A DNA stretch of 64,000 nt from Lama glama. Taxonomy: Eukaryota. Location of the stretch: contig CM052818.1 of assembly GCA_028534125.1 (NCBI GenBank), positions 20,276,001 to 20,340,000 of the forward strand, in the 5' to 3' direction. The notes below the pieces were generated by a model. It ran no database searches and had not been told where the DNA came from. It saw only the letters and a list, made by a program, of their open reading frames with translations. This document shows, in pieces, positions 51,732 to 64,000 of the stretch. A program made the translations under genes and the position numbers. Numbering within the stretch: position 1 is the first letter of the stretch; every line of letters starts with the position of its first letter.

Positions 51732-52427
51732 GCTCCAAGTCTCAACTTCTAGTCAGAGAAGTGCTTTCATGTGTTTTACATGCTTGGGTTTTCTCATTAT
51801 TATTAGAACTATGAATTGCACCATTAAAAATGAAAAGTCTGAAAGTTATCTTTAAGGATGGGGGAAGGTGATTTCAGCCCTGCCACTGCCCACTAGACGG
51901 CTGGTATGATGAGGACAAAATCTAACTCCAGGCTTGACTAGTATCCAGTATTTATTTTTAGATAAAGAGAGAATTACTCGTAATTCACAGTAAAGTCCCT
52001 AATGAATAGCGACTCAAGAGGAAAAGATCTAAAACCTGGAAACACCTAAATTCACTAATTGCTGCCAATTTCATTCTTAACACAATACCTTTGGAGAAAG
52101 TAAAGAAAGGGTTTGGGGAAGGTAGAACACAGTCCCTCCAGGGAACACATATGAAATGAACAGCTTTATCAGAAGGCTTCATGAGGACAAACTAACCCCA
52201 TCTAAAAGGTACTGTGGGCTCTGCTCACAGGTGGGCATGATCAGAGAAGTCAGGGGTTACTGAGCTCAGTTCTGCCTTCTGTCTTTTGGGACAGATATTT
52301 AAAGATAAAGTATTCCCAGAAGAGTGAGACCTAAAAGCGAGAGGCCTGAAAGTTGAGAGATGCAGTGAAAAAACAGATTAAAGAACTAGGATACTAATAG
52401 TGAAGAAGATTAAGATAGAATGTAATT

Positions 52428-53003
52428 CATGCACCCCAATGTTCATAGCAGCACTATGTACAATAACCAAGACATGGAAGCAATCTAAATGTCCATTGAC
52501 AGATGACTGGATAAAGATGCAGCGTGTATATACACAGACACACACAGACACACACACACACAAAATGGAATATTACTCAGTCATTAGAAGAATGACATAA
52601 TGCCATTTGCAGTAACGTGGATGGACCTAAAGATTATCATACTTAGTGAAGTCAGTCAGATAAAGACAAATACCATATGATATCACTTATATGTGGAATC
52701 TAAAATAAATGACACAAATGAACTTACTTACAAAACAGAAACAGACTCATAAAGACAGAAAACAAACTTGCAGTTACCAAAGGGGAAGTGGGGGGGGGGG
52801 GTAAATTAGGTTTGAAATTAGCAGATACAAGCTACTATATATAAACAAGGGCCTACTGTATACTACAGGGAACTAACTATATTCAATGACTTATAATAAC
52901 TTAAAATGAAAAAGAATATACATATATGAATGTGTAACTGAATCACTATGCTGTACACCAGAAACTAGCACATTGTAAATCAACTGTACTTCAATTAAAA
53001 AAA
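52428..53003 (+). mobile_element. 5'-truncated L1 (ORF2 C-terminus plus 3' UTR) with TSD
   Basis: Translation CTPMFIAALCTITKTWKQSKCPLTDDWIK; poly-A tail; TSD AAGATAG(A/C)ATGTAATT at 52412-52427 and 53004-53019. Confidence 0.95.
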
Positions 53004-53749
53004 AAGATAGCATGTAATTATTGTTTCCAAATACAGCAACAGTGATCTTCTCCTACGATGTGGTTTATCTGATGCAGCTCCTCTAAACAGCTTGTTTCCA
53101 TTTTACCAATGAGGAAACTAAAGCCTCAAGTTACAGAGCATGCTTGCAGCAGAGCCAGCAGTCAAACTAAGGAAATCAGACTCCTGAATCCTGCTTTTAA
53201 CTACAAATGACTAACATGTAAAAATTAAACATACTAAGCATTGTTCCAGAGGGCAGAATCAAGGCTGAGAAAACAAGTCACAGAAAGGCCAATACTGATC
53301 GGGGCTCAAAATGGAGAATTTTCTATCTAGCACGTGCATCAAATAAATGATGGTTAGTTACAAGGCAGTAAGCTTCCTACTGCAGAAAACGCCCAAGCAG
53401 AAGCTACAAAAGAGCTTTTGATGAATTTTTAGCTCTGATGGAGAGACTGAACTAGAAGGGTTTCTAAGGGAAGTCTTTGAACCACAGGATCCTGTGCATG
53501 GCTGAAATCACAGAGATTCTAAACTGGTAAAGGAGCTGCCCAAAGGGCTGACGATTTTTCCTTCTCCTGTAATTCTTCTCTACCTAACACCTTACCTATG
53601 TGGAATATGCGCTCTCAGTGGGGGGCTGGGTGAGCACGTGATGCAGTAGAGAAACACCAAAGTGACACAGAACTCGCTGTTCACCTTTCAACAATCACTT
53701 AATGTCCCTGCACTGCAATTTCCTCAATTATCAAATGCAAGTGATAAGA

Positions 53750-53995
53750 GGAGGTACTGGGTGTGGAAGAGTCAGTTCCATAGTCACACTCCCGGAATTT
53801 GTATCACAGCTCTGAATCTTACAAGCTGCAAGTCACAAAACCACTTTGGCTTCAATTTCCTCATCTGTAAAATAGGAGTGATAACAGTATCCGCCTCCTA
53901 GGGCGTTATGAGAATTCAGTGACTTAGTAAGTTGTAAAGTGCTGGGAGCAGAGCTTGGCACATGCCAAGCATGAAAGAAATGCTAGCTAAAATGA
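53750..53995 (+). mobile_element. MIR SINE; a minus-strand MIR lies at about 53070-53200 and an L3-like end at about 53230-53500
   Basis: cttcaatttcctcatctgtaaaataggagtgataacagta. Confidence 0.85.
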
Positions 53996-54374
53996 AGATG
54001 ATGGTAACTCCCCACTTCACCAGAAGGTTGTGAGAAGGGGGGGGCAGCACATATAGAAAATAAAAAGTAGCTGTTTTATATTAAAAAGTAAGCTCCCTTA
54101 TAACATAGTAAGGCCCTTTATTAAGTCAAAATTTCTTAGGCTGCAAATGACTAGAGGACTCCAAACAACGAGAGAAGGCTGCTTCCCCCAGAGAGCAGGG
54201 CTTCTCCCCATGTCTTCACTGTTTGTTCCCTCATGTGAAGTTATTTCTCTGAAATCAATGAAGTTCTTGACAAAAAGATAATCTTACATTCCTACTGATA
54301 CCCTCTCTGTTGGCATTCCCAGTCTTCTACATTCTCATCCTTGTAACTTCACAGGAAGTTGTAGGACAAGTTCT

Positions 54375-55172
54375 TGTTTTTAGGTTCACAATCCACTTTG
54401 AGTTCATTTTAGTGTATGGTGTGGGAGAAGAATCTAAATGGTCATCACCTGTTGCAAAGACTATCCTTTCCCCATTTAATGGTCTTGTTACTACTGTCAA
54501 AAATCAACTGGCCATAAATCTAATGGTTTATTTCTGGACTCTCAAATCTTTTCCATTGATCTATTTGTCCCTTATGCTAATACCACATTGTTTTGATTAC
54601 TGCAGCTTTAGAGGAAGTTTTTGAAATCAGAAAGTATGTATCCTCCAATTTTGTTCTTTTTTTCAAGATTCCTTTGGCTATTCTGAGCCCACTGAATTTC
54701 CATATGAATTTTAAGATCAGATTGTCAACGTCTCCAAAGAAGCCTGCTGGGATTTTGGTAGGAATTGCATTGAATCTGTCGACCAATTTGGAGATAAATA
54801 CATTTATCTTAAATACATTTTAATAATGCTGAGTCTGTTAATCCATAAACATGGACTATTTCTCCATTTATTTAACTCTTCCTTAATTTCTTAACAATGT
54901 TTTGTATTTTTTTTTAGTATATACATTTCTACCTCCTCTGATTAAATTTATTCCTGAGCATTTAATTCATTCTGATGCCATTGTAAATGGAACTGTTTTC
55001 TTAATTTCAATTTCAGATCGTTCATTGCTAGTAATACAGAATTGCAACTGATTTTTGTATCTTGATCTTGTATGCTGTGGCTTTCCTATACTCATTTATT
55101 AGTTCAAATAGGTTCTTCTTGTGTGTTTGTGTTCATTAACATTTTCTCCATACAGGGTCATGTTGTCTGCAC
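54375..55172 (-). mobile_element. L1 ORF2 internal fragment (RT C-terminal region)
   Basis: ORF 54577-54786: DRFNAIPTKIPAGFF...LILKFIWK...RIAKGILKK, the L1 YRFNAIPIKIP...ILKFIWN..R.RIAK.IL motif. Confidence 0.93.
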
Positions 55173-58100
55173 ACACTGCTTTTTGAAAAGAGGCTCAAAT
55201 CTCAGATAAACTTAACAACCAACAGGAAGAGGGGATCATGTTGACACAACCTTAGATTATACAGCTTTTCTGCTCTATCTCCATGCACTGGAAATCATCC
55301 TTGAGTATATGTGTATCACTTTACTTCAGTGAAGTTTTAAAAAGAGAGAAAGAGGAAACAAGGAAACAATACCTGCAAATGATAAAGCACCAAAGAGACA
55401 GAACAGCTCTTAAGAAACTGACATGCAGCATGATTTCCAAGCGGGTGCTAGAACCAGGAAGCAGCTTCCTGTTTCCCCAAAGAGATCAGAGCCACCTTAA
55501 AAGCCATGGCTGTCTGTGACATGGGCTACATAACTTCTCTGAACCTCAGTTTCCTCATCTATAAAAGGAAAATAAAGACTCCTGCCCTGCCCATGGCTTC
55601 CCAACTTTATGGTCATCTTGTCTCAGAAAGAAAGTGACAGCATGTGTCTGGTACACTGAGGAACACATGGACAGAGCCCGGCCTCCAGGAACCACCAGCC
55701 TGGTGTCCCACCACCCTGAGCTACCCTGAGGATGTCCCCAGAGCTGACAGGAGGAGCCACATCACAGCCCACCTATAACTCACTCCTGGTACCCTGAGCA
55801 TCAAATGATATGAGCTCAAAGTGTTTTAAGAACTGCAGTAGCAAAGAGAAGTGGTCACCAGCGTAGTTCTCGTGGGAGGATCTGAAATCATCTCTGCACT
55901 TACTCATGGGCTTGCCTAAGATGGCACATCCCACCCTGCCTGACACACAAGTTGTCCTCTCCCTTCCTCTCCTATTGGCCATAGGATAGAAGTGCGGGGA
56001 GGTGGGGAGAAGATCATTAAGAATCAGGGTCTTCGTGGGACCTCACAGATAACAGTATGGAAGATGCTTCTGCCCATGGTGGGCATTGAGAAAAACCACT
56101 GTGGTTTTTGGTTTTTTGTTTTTCCTGGAAAAGAGGCTTTGACAAAAAGGAAGAATGGGAGAAGACACTTTCAAAATGTGCCAGTGTGCCCCAAATTACT
56201 CCCAGGACACGGCTGAAAAAAAAAATCAAAGATCTACCAAGTCATGTTCTTTCCTGGTCTGGGTGGCAGTGTCCTGAAATTGCCCCATTACCTTTGGAAC
56301 CTCATCAAGGGGCCTGCGATGGGCGAGCAGGCGGGAGGCGGAAACCGAAACCTTTGTTCCTTCCCAACCTCCAAGGTCACACCTAACATTTTATAATCCA
56401 TCAGCTCACAAGGGAGGAGCAAAAAGAGAGAGAGGAGGTGGAGAAGGCAGGGAAACTGAATGACTAGAAATACTGTTTTCTCTCCGCTGCAACCCACATG
56501 GTTGAAAACCATTAAACTTGGTGATGATTACAGAAATTAGATACCTTTTGACGGGTGTGCCCCAGGACAGGTATGCAGGGACGGCTCGGCAAATAAACGC
56601 TCAGACAGCTTCTCACGGCTCGGGGATTAGCAAGTAGACTGTCGACTTGAATTTCACAGACTCTCCAATCACAAAGGCCTCATAAGAAACTACCAACGCT
56701 AGGGTCTTGGCAGCAGTGCTTCTGTTAAGCTTCATCATTTTTCTGGTGAAAGGTAAACATGAGCGAAGGGAAGTAACTTTGTAGATTTAGGGACATGCAT
56801 CCTGGCCCATAAGCTCATCTAAGCCACCTCAGGAACAGGGCAGCGGAGGGAGCAACGGAAGGCCAACGGAGGAAGTGCCAAGCCCCCAAAAGCCCCTGCA
56901 AAGGCTGAGAGTTTCCCTATCAGTCAGGGGTGGGGGCTTGGTTTTTACCCTCCAGCCTCTGGCACTGGCTATGAGGACTGCTTCAGGCCCTCTCCCTGGA
57001 ACCAGCACTGTGCTGGACTCAGCAGGCAGAAGGGTCTTTGCCCCAGGGGTCTTCCAGCCATGGCGGAGAAACAGAAATCACAGAACATTAAATGCTGTGT
57101 TCCCAAGAGCTAAGCTGACTCCAGACATGAGGAACTGGGCAGAGGGAAACCATCGAGGGGAGATCAAGATAGACTTTCCAGAGCAGAAGGGACTTAGGAG
57201 AGTGCAGAGCAGAAAAGGGGAGGCAAGGCCCCTCCACCTTTGGTGACCTACATGGAATCAAGTAAGAGCACGTTCCTACCGCTACAAGGAAACCAGAAGG
57301 TATTTCCTATAGCAGGTTTAAAACTCGCAGATGTCTCCCCTGCCCAGAGTGCTTCTCAGGGACCATTCATGCTTAAACCAGCCTGGCTCCTCAAAGCCTG
57401 GACTCTGGTCTGGGCTCACAGTCAATTGCAAAATGTGTGTGTCAAGGGCTTTGCGCCACTGGTGCATGCTCTCCCATCTCACCCATTCTCAGACCACTTG
57501 AGTCAACAGAGGCTTAAAGGATCTGCAGGCCTGAGAGAGGGCTGGGCTGTGTGCACTGTCTGGACTGGAAAGAAACCAGGACAGCTTGATTCGGGGCAGG
57601 GGCTGCCATCAGCCTCCAAGCCCACTGGTAACTAGTGACTGCTTGGGAAGCTTCTAAGCAGAATTCTGAAGGCCCCTGGAGATCACTAAATGGGGCAAGG
57701 GATGCGGGAAGTAAAAATCCAGGAAGGATGGTCTTGGACAGACAACCCAAGCTCAGGCCCGAGGGAGAAAGGGCCTTGTCTTGTTCTTCTGCGCGTCCAA
57801 ATCTGACTATAAAGGTCAAGCCACCTCCATCAGGGGACTTCAAGGAAGGCTTGAGGACTGTAGACTGCAGAGAGGAGCCAAGTAAATTGCTTTTAGAAGC
57901 CCTGGTGAGTTCCTTCTGCCAAGGACAGGTATCAGGTATCATTGCAGAGTAAGGTGACCCAGGATCAACTATGACGCCCTGGTCTTCGCCATGTGGAGGA
58001 GTGAAAAGGTAGGGGCGTGCTCTCTGGGAAGGAGGAGGAAGAGGGCAAGAATACACTGAACTGGGCCTTGCAGATCAGCAGACTCTTCCCTGAGTGGAGT

Positions 58101-59382
58101 AGGCTCTGAGTTCACTGATCAGGGTGGGACTTTTATATTTTACTAAGAGCCTTAGGAGTTTTCCAAACAAATGAGTTAATTAAGGAAGTAAGTAAATGAG
58201 AGGAGGAGGGAAAGGTAACTGCTTTGATTTGAAGCTTTAAATAAGTGAAACAGCAGACACTGTTGAGACTGTCCTGAGCCACTTCAGTGTTTCGAGATGT
58301 GCAGCTTCTCCAACATTTAACATCCAAAATGGGATGAGTGGCCTGAGCTTGACAGTAATCTCCAACTCAGCAAGTAACCCAGGATGCAGCCAGCAAAAGT
58401 CCTCCTTGCCCTGGCCACACAGCACTGTAAGCTCAGCAGCCTGCAGAGGATGACATGACCTCCCAGGACCGTACCTTCCATGACATGTGTTTTTTTCCGC
58501 CTTCTGGCTCCAGCCATGAGTCTTCATCGCTCTATAAAAGGGTGCCTGCATCATCAGGCATTGCTTGTATGTATCAGCCCCTGATGAGATCCTGTCAAGT
58601 TCAAGTGCCGGGGGTTCCCTTGGCCAACTGGAGATGAGATTTCTATTCTCCTTCTCCAGCAACTTTTTAGAAAACAGTTCAGCAAAGAATTATCAGACAT
58701 GGCACAGCTCAGTGAGAGCCCTTGGCTCCCCTGGCCCAGGCTCCTCTTAACCCTGTGCCTTTAAACATCTATAACCAGGAATAAATATGGCCAGGAAGGC
58801 TGGGTCTCTGGGCAAAAAAAAAAAGCTGTAGGATCTCTTCCTCAGATAGTTCTCGGTTATCAGACATATCTCTCTTGATTTAAGAAGAATTCACTTTAGG
58901 AGAAGAGACAGAGAATAAGGCTGAGAATGGCCCTTACATGCTGAGTTAAGGGAAGAGGCAGAAAGCTCACTGTCAGGCCCAGGGCAAGCTTTTAAGAGCT
59001 GCTTGTTACCTGGTATGTAACAATGGAAATAGGGCCCTTCCAACAATGTTCACTCATTATCAGAAATAGATAGAGAATGTAGAATACCTCTTGAATCCCA
59101 TCCAAGTCCTTGTTTACCAAAGAGTATTTTCAAGAGGATGCCTGAAAGGGTCTTGCCCAAGATGCAGGCCGTTAGGGCAGTGCTATCCTGCTGCAGCTAG
59201 ATAAACAGTTGACTTTCTGCCCCCTCTTTTAAGTATTCCACCAGCTATGTGAAAACCCTGACTAAGAATAAGAACCCCAAATTAAGCCATCTAAAAATTG
59301 TTTAATTATAAATAATACACTCTGCATGCTTAAGTTTTTCCATCTTTCAATGTAAAGTGTATATCAAAGAAACTCTAAAACT

Positions 59383-59525
59383 GAGATCCTCAAACTTTAA
59401 TGTGCAGAAGAATCCCCTGGATGGCCTGTTAAAATCAGCTGGGTCTCAGCTCAGAGATTCTGCTTTAGCAGGTGACACTGATGTGAAGCCAAAGTTCTCT
59501 GGGCCATTCTTTGAGAAACACTCCC
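59383..59525. mobile_element. MER5A-like fragment, internally deleted
   Basis: tcctcaaactttaatgtgcagaagaatcccctgga...cagagattctg...tttgagaaacact. Confidence 0.75.
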
Positions 59526-60570
59526 CTGTGGAGTTAAGTGTCACCCCACATTGCTGGGAAAAGTCATGTCTAGCCCTAGAGGTGGGATCAGCCTGGAGCC
59601 CCTACCAGAGTGTGGGAGAATGTCAAGGCAGGCTGGAGACAGGAGTCTGGCTGACTGGACAGCCTTTGAGCAGACGGTTTGCTTGGAACACAGGAAGGCC
59701 CCTGAGCCTTTAGGAATAGGGCCTGCCCCGTGACCCTCAACCATAGGACTTCCACCAGGAAGGAATCCCAGCCATCGCTTGCTGGAAGGGTAGGGGGAGA
59801 CTGATCTCTCTGGGAGAAGAGGAGGCGTTTCATTTACCAGCAGACACCATCTTCCCATGACAGTAGGGGATGTCCTCTGTGATTCAGGCCTCCTTCCAGG
59901 CATCATCTTTGCCCTCTAAGGATGCTATTTTGGTCTCTCACCTGCTGACTCAGTTCCCCCTGCCAGGGCCCCACACTGTAGGTCAAATCCCTTGTATATA
60001 CACAAACAAGTAACTGAAATTAAGTTTCCCAATATGACTGTTATCTTCACTGCAGGTAGAAAATATGGGTGCACTCTCATAATTTCTATCCTATTTCATT
60101 AAAGAAAAAGATGTTCACGGAGACACAATAAAGGAATCTGATGACTCACCAGTCAAACATGACCTGAAGTTTGAAAAACACTGCTTTAACGCACTTGCAG
60201 AGCATAGGATACATGGTTTTGCATATACTGCTCTGTAAATAAAACGTGAGTACAAATATACAACATATACAATAAAGTACACTAGAGGGTAATACGATAC
60301 AAACGCATGATCTAACGTACACTAGACTCACTTAGCGCAGAGCAAAGCCCTCCTCTTGAGGAGATCCCTCTGCTGGAGAAGCAGGGAGGAGCTGAAAAAC
60401 CCAAGTGTGAGCAGGTCCACAGCTCCCCTGTTTTATTTGCCAACCATTTATAATTAAATTAGCATAAACCAAAGCTTTCTGTGTAGTGACTCTCTGGCAT
60501 TCCTATTGCTGTCAGGAGTTGTTGGGCCTTCCAGGTTCCTACAGGACTTTGCACTGAAAATGTTAAATGA

Positions 60571-60887
60571 GACACAAATGAACTTAGTTACAAAACAGAA
60601 ACAGACTCACAGATGTAGAAAACAAGTTCCTGGTTAACAGGGGGAAAGGGGGTGGGAAGGGATAAATTGGGAGTTCAAGATCTATAGGTATTAACTACTA
60701 TGTATGAAACAGGTAAACAGGTTTATACTGTATAGCACAGGGAACTATATTCAATATCTTATAATAACCTATAATGAAAAAGAAAATGAAAAGGAATATT
60801 CATATGTATACATATGACTAAAACATTGTTATACACCAGAAATTGACACAACATTGTAAACTGACTATAGTTAAATTAAAAAAAAAA
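60571..60887 (+). mobile_element. 5'-truncated L1 3' UTR with TSD
   Basis: aaatgaacttagttacaaaacagaaacagactcacag...cattgtaaactgactata plus poly-A; TSD GAAAATGTT(A/G)AATGA at 60556-60570 and 60888-60902. Confidence 0.94.
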
Positions 60888-62590
60888 GAAAATGTTGAAT
60901 GATAACCCTAAGTTAAATAACTATGTGCTAAACCAGCAATCTCTCAACTCAAGAGCAAGAACATGAAGAGAAAATTCCGAGCACTGGCACAAAAATGGGA
61001 CCACGACATAGCTAAATCCAACAGTATTTATTATACAGAATGGCTCCCATCAAAAGTTAAGCTGTCACCCTGGGATCAAAGCCCCCAGAGCACCATGTGA
61101 GATCAACCACAGCCATGGTGGGCCTTCTCAGAGACATAACAACATTCTAGGGAACAGTGGGTGCTGGGGACAGAGCCTGGCCACTCTGTTGTAAGGAAAC
61201 ATGCTAGAACCAGCGCATGAGAATGACACAACCATCACATGCTGCCACACGCCCACAAAGATACACAGCTTCGGGGCCACCGCTCAGTCAGAGATGGAGT
61301 TCTGGACCTGCTGATGGATTCCTACTTGCTCTTCTGGTCAGGGAATGTGGGTGAACCAAATACATTCCTGCTTTGCCCCGTGTCATCCAACGAGGCAGCC
61401 TCTTCTCACAGTGGGATCTATGGTCCTCATCATCTGGTCCCAGACTCTTCTTCCTTCCCCCTTCTCTGGACAGGTGACTGTCCTCACTGTTCTCCCTAAC
61501 CCCAAAGCTCCCCCACCATTCTCCTCTCTGCTTACACCTGCCTTCAAGACTTTATTTCTGCTGTTTCCTGGCCTGTTGTGTCCCCCTACAACTGCTCATC
61601 TCTGAGAATTCAAACATTGCCATTCTGCCTCCTTGACCAATGCCTTCCTAGATTAGCCTAGATTCCATTAATATCTCCTTTCTCCAACAAATTACGTTAT
61701 ATATTTAAGACTTAGAGCCCTTTAATTGCTTTATGGAGCTAAATAAGAATATAAGTGCCTTAAGGACCAAACCGAGACTTTCTCATTCATTCACCAAGTA
61801 TGTACCGAATATCTGTCCCACCAAGCACCCAGTTACCCTTCTCTTATATTCCCAGTCTCTAGACCAGGGTTGTGAGAATCTCCCGTCTATACTTATTGCA
61901 CAGAATTGAATTTAATATGCATAGTTGGTGGCCAGGATTAGAACTGTTCTTTGGCCTCAGACCCAAGGTGGCTGGCACAAAATCCTCATAAGGACAGAGC
62001 CCATGATGTCACCCATCACTGCTGTTGTGTTCAGGACACCTAAGCCAATGGGCCGAGATGATTCTACCCACACAGGAAGGTCTTCCTTCTGTGGAATTCT
62101 GCATCTGCTTGGAGATGGTTGCCACACAAATAAATGAGAGATGCTGACATAAAAAAACACTGCTTCACTCACAAAAAACACCCACATCTTCAGACAAATT
62201 GATAAGAGTGATCAGGACTCAAAGACATAGAAACTGAAGTCCTTTTCTGATTCTTTCCATCTGGAGTTCCATGATGGAGACGCAGAGGAACAATCAGAAG
62301 TAACAGAATCCCCCTCTCACCTTACTCTCTCTGAGAGACCATGTCAGTTGCCTAAAATCCTGCCCCATGCCTGCCACCCTCCACCACATCCCCAGCCCTC
62401 ATTCACAACGAGGCACTCTTGGTGCTTTACTGATAACGAAGAAGTCTGGGGGATGTTTCCACGACTTACCAATACACCTTAGAGGCAACAATTGCCTTCA
62501 GACCCACATATCTCTAGGAGTGTACTACTGTCCACTGAATTAAAAAATTTTAATGTAATACATTAAAAAAAAGATATCAATTGGGCATTT

Positions 62591-62686
62591 GTTTTCTTTT
62601 TTTTTAATGAAGGTGCTGGGGATTGAACCCACAACCTTGTGCCTGCTAGGCATGCCCTCTACCACTGAGCTATACCCACTCTTCCA
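62591..62686 (-). mobile_element. vic-1-type SINE
   Basis: ggtgctggggattgaacccacaaccttgtgcctgctaggcatgccctctaccactgagctataccc; short TSD GGGCATTT at 62583-62590 and 62687-62694. Confidence 0.9.
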
Positions 62687-64000
62687 GGGCATTTCTAATA
62701 TTACTTAAAAAAAAAACAAATTAAAAAAATTACCACATAAATGACTTCCCCTCCACTGTTGGACTAAGGGCTGGGTTTTTTTTTTTTTTTTTTGCCTTAC
62801 AAGCATGTCTATAAGAAGTCCAAACAAGCTCTGAGTTATATAACATATTTCACATTTTTGGGGGCTATAATTAGAGCGATAAGATTATGGCAGTGATCCT
62901 AGAACAGATTAAGGACATCATTGTGATGAAAGAGGGCTTTGGGTCAAAGTAAAGATCTGAAACTGTTTTATTTAACATGATTTTGGCACAAGGAGAAGTA
63001 ATAATCCCATATTTACAGAACACCTTTTCTGAAGGCCCCACCAAGCTTTCCCACTTCAAGTGTTTAATTTGGATAGGGAGTTTCTTTGCGAGTTGAAAAT
63101 GAAATTATAAAACAAAGAGAGTCTCTCAGGAAACCACCACAATTTTAAGAGGCTTGAAAAGGCAGGAGCTACAGAGAGGTCAATCTAGGTTTTGAAACTT
63201 TTCTAGGTTTTCCTTCTATTAAAAATCCTACACACAGAACAACAGTGTCGGTAGAGTGAAGTCGGAAAATCTCAATGCTGACCAGGGCAGTGCCAGTGTA
63301 TAATCCACAAATAGGCTCATTTCAGGCTGGAGTAACCGGTCTGGGTAACCTGGGAGAACTGGGACAGAGGCTCGACAGCTGGGCTCTGAGAGTGAGCTCC
63401 TACCCCTTGACTCTGGGATTTTATAAGATGGATAAAGACCCCCACCAAGGCAGCCTGGGGGAGATTTCTTCTCCCACTAGGTACTTAACAGTATAGTGTT
63501 CAGAGCTCAGGCCACTGGCTGAAATTAAATAGAAGGACCAAGAGGGGGATATACCATGGGCTTTAAAGAGAGGTGGGGTGGGGGTTGGCCCAGGTTCCCC
63601 AGAGGCAAAGGGAAAAGAACCACAGGCTGGCATATGCACCTCTTAAGCCCGGCCCGCTGTTCTACACTGTAGCTAGACCTTATTTAAATCTGGAACAGAA
63701 TCTTAGACTCTCACCTCTCCTGTTTACTTTTGTTTGTTTTCCCTTCTTATCAGTGCTCCTTCTCAAAAACTCCAACCAATCTAGGTAGTCCACAAATGGG
63801 AAAAACCTTTTTCCCTCACCTCAATAAGAATAAAAGGAGGTGATGTTACTTGGAGGGAAGTAAGACTTCGGAGTGAAAAAGTGAACAGAACAGGGAACTC
63901 AAAGAGACAGAATGTAGGTCAGCTGTGGAAGCTGCAGTCCAAATCAATGAGGTCCACACACTGTAAAGACCAGCAGGAAGAGGCCCTTAATAAAAGCAAA

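Noticed and set aside
57514..58056. Longest ORF (180 aa), in the PRKCE sense direction
   Set aside because: Pro/Ser/Leu-rich with no domain similarity to PKC or any protein I recognise; it lies in a GC-richer segment where stops are rarer.
60640..60661. G-quadruplex motif GGGGG-AAA-GGGGG-T-GGG-AA-GGG
   Set aside because: This is the well-known G-rich tract of L1 3' UTRs and is not locus-specific.

Overview
Mammalian intronic DNA, very probably camelid, since four tRNA-Ala-derived vic-1-type SINEs are present and I saw no Alu, B1, PRE1 or Bov-A. The only credible protein-coding sequence is one 155-bp minus-strand exon (28278-28432). It encodes kinase-domain residues [52 protein letters not shown] of protein kinase C epsilon (PRKCE) and is flanked by two very large introns. 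The rest is ordinary eutherian repeat landscape (L1, HAL1-like, L2, L3/CR1, MIR, MLT1 LTRs, MER20/MER5/MER63 DNA transposons, microsatellites) plus repeat-poor stretches that may hold enhancers. I found no evidence for a novel multi-gene system. The most notable small-scale observations are: a 15-bp insertion in an L1 3' UTR that looks copied in inverted orientation from 1 kb upstream, next to a G-quadruplex motif; an L1 nested in another L1; an extended CTCF-like motif; a SINE with a near-intact tRNA-Ala cloverleaf; and a donor site that splits the catalytic YRD motif with an immediate in-frame stop. Repeat family names were assigned by eye from remembered consensus sequences, and repeat boundaries are approximate.
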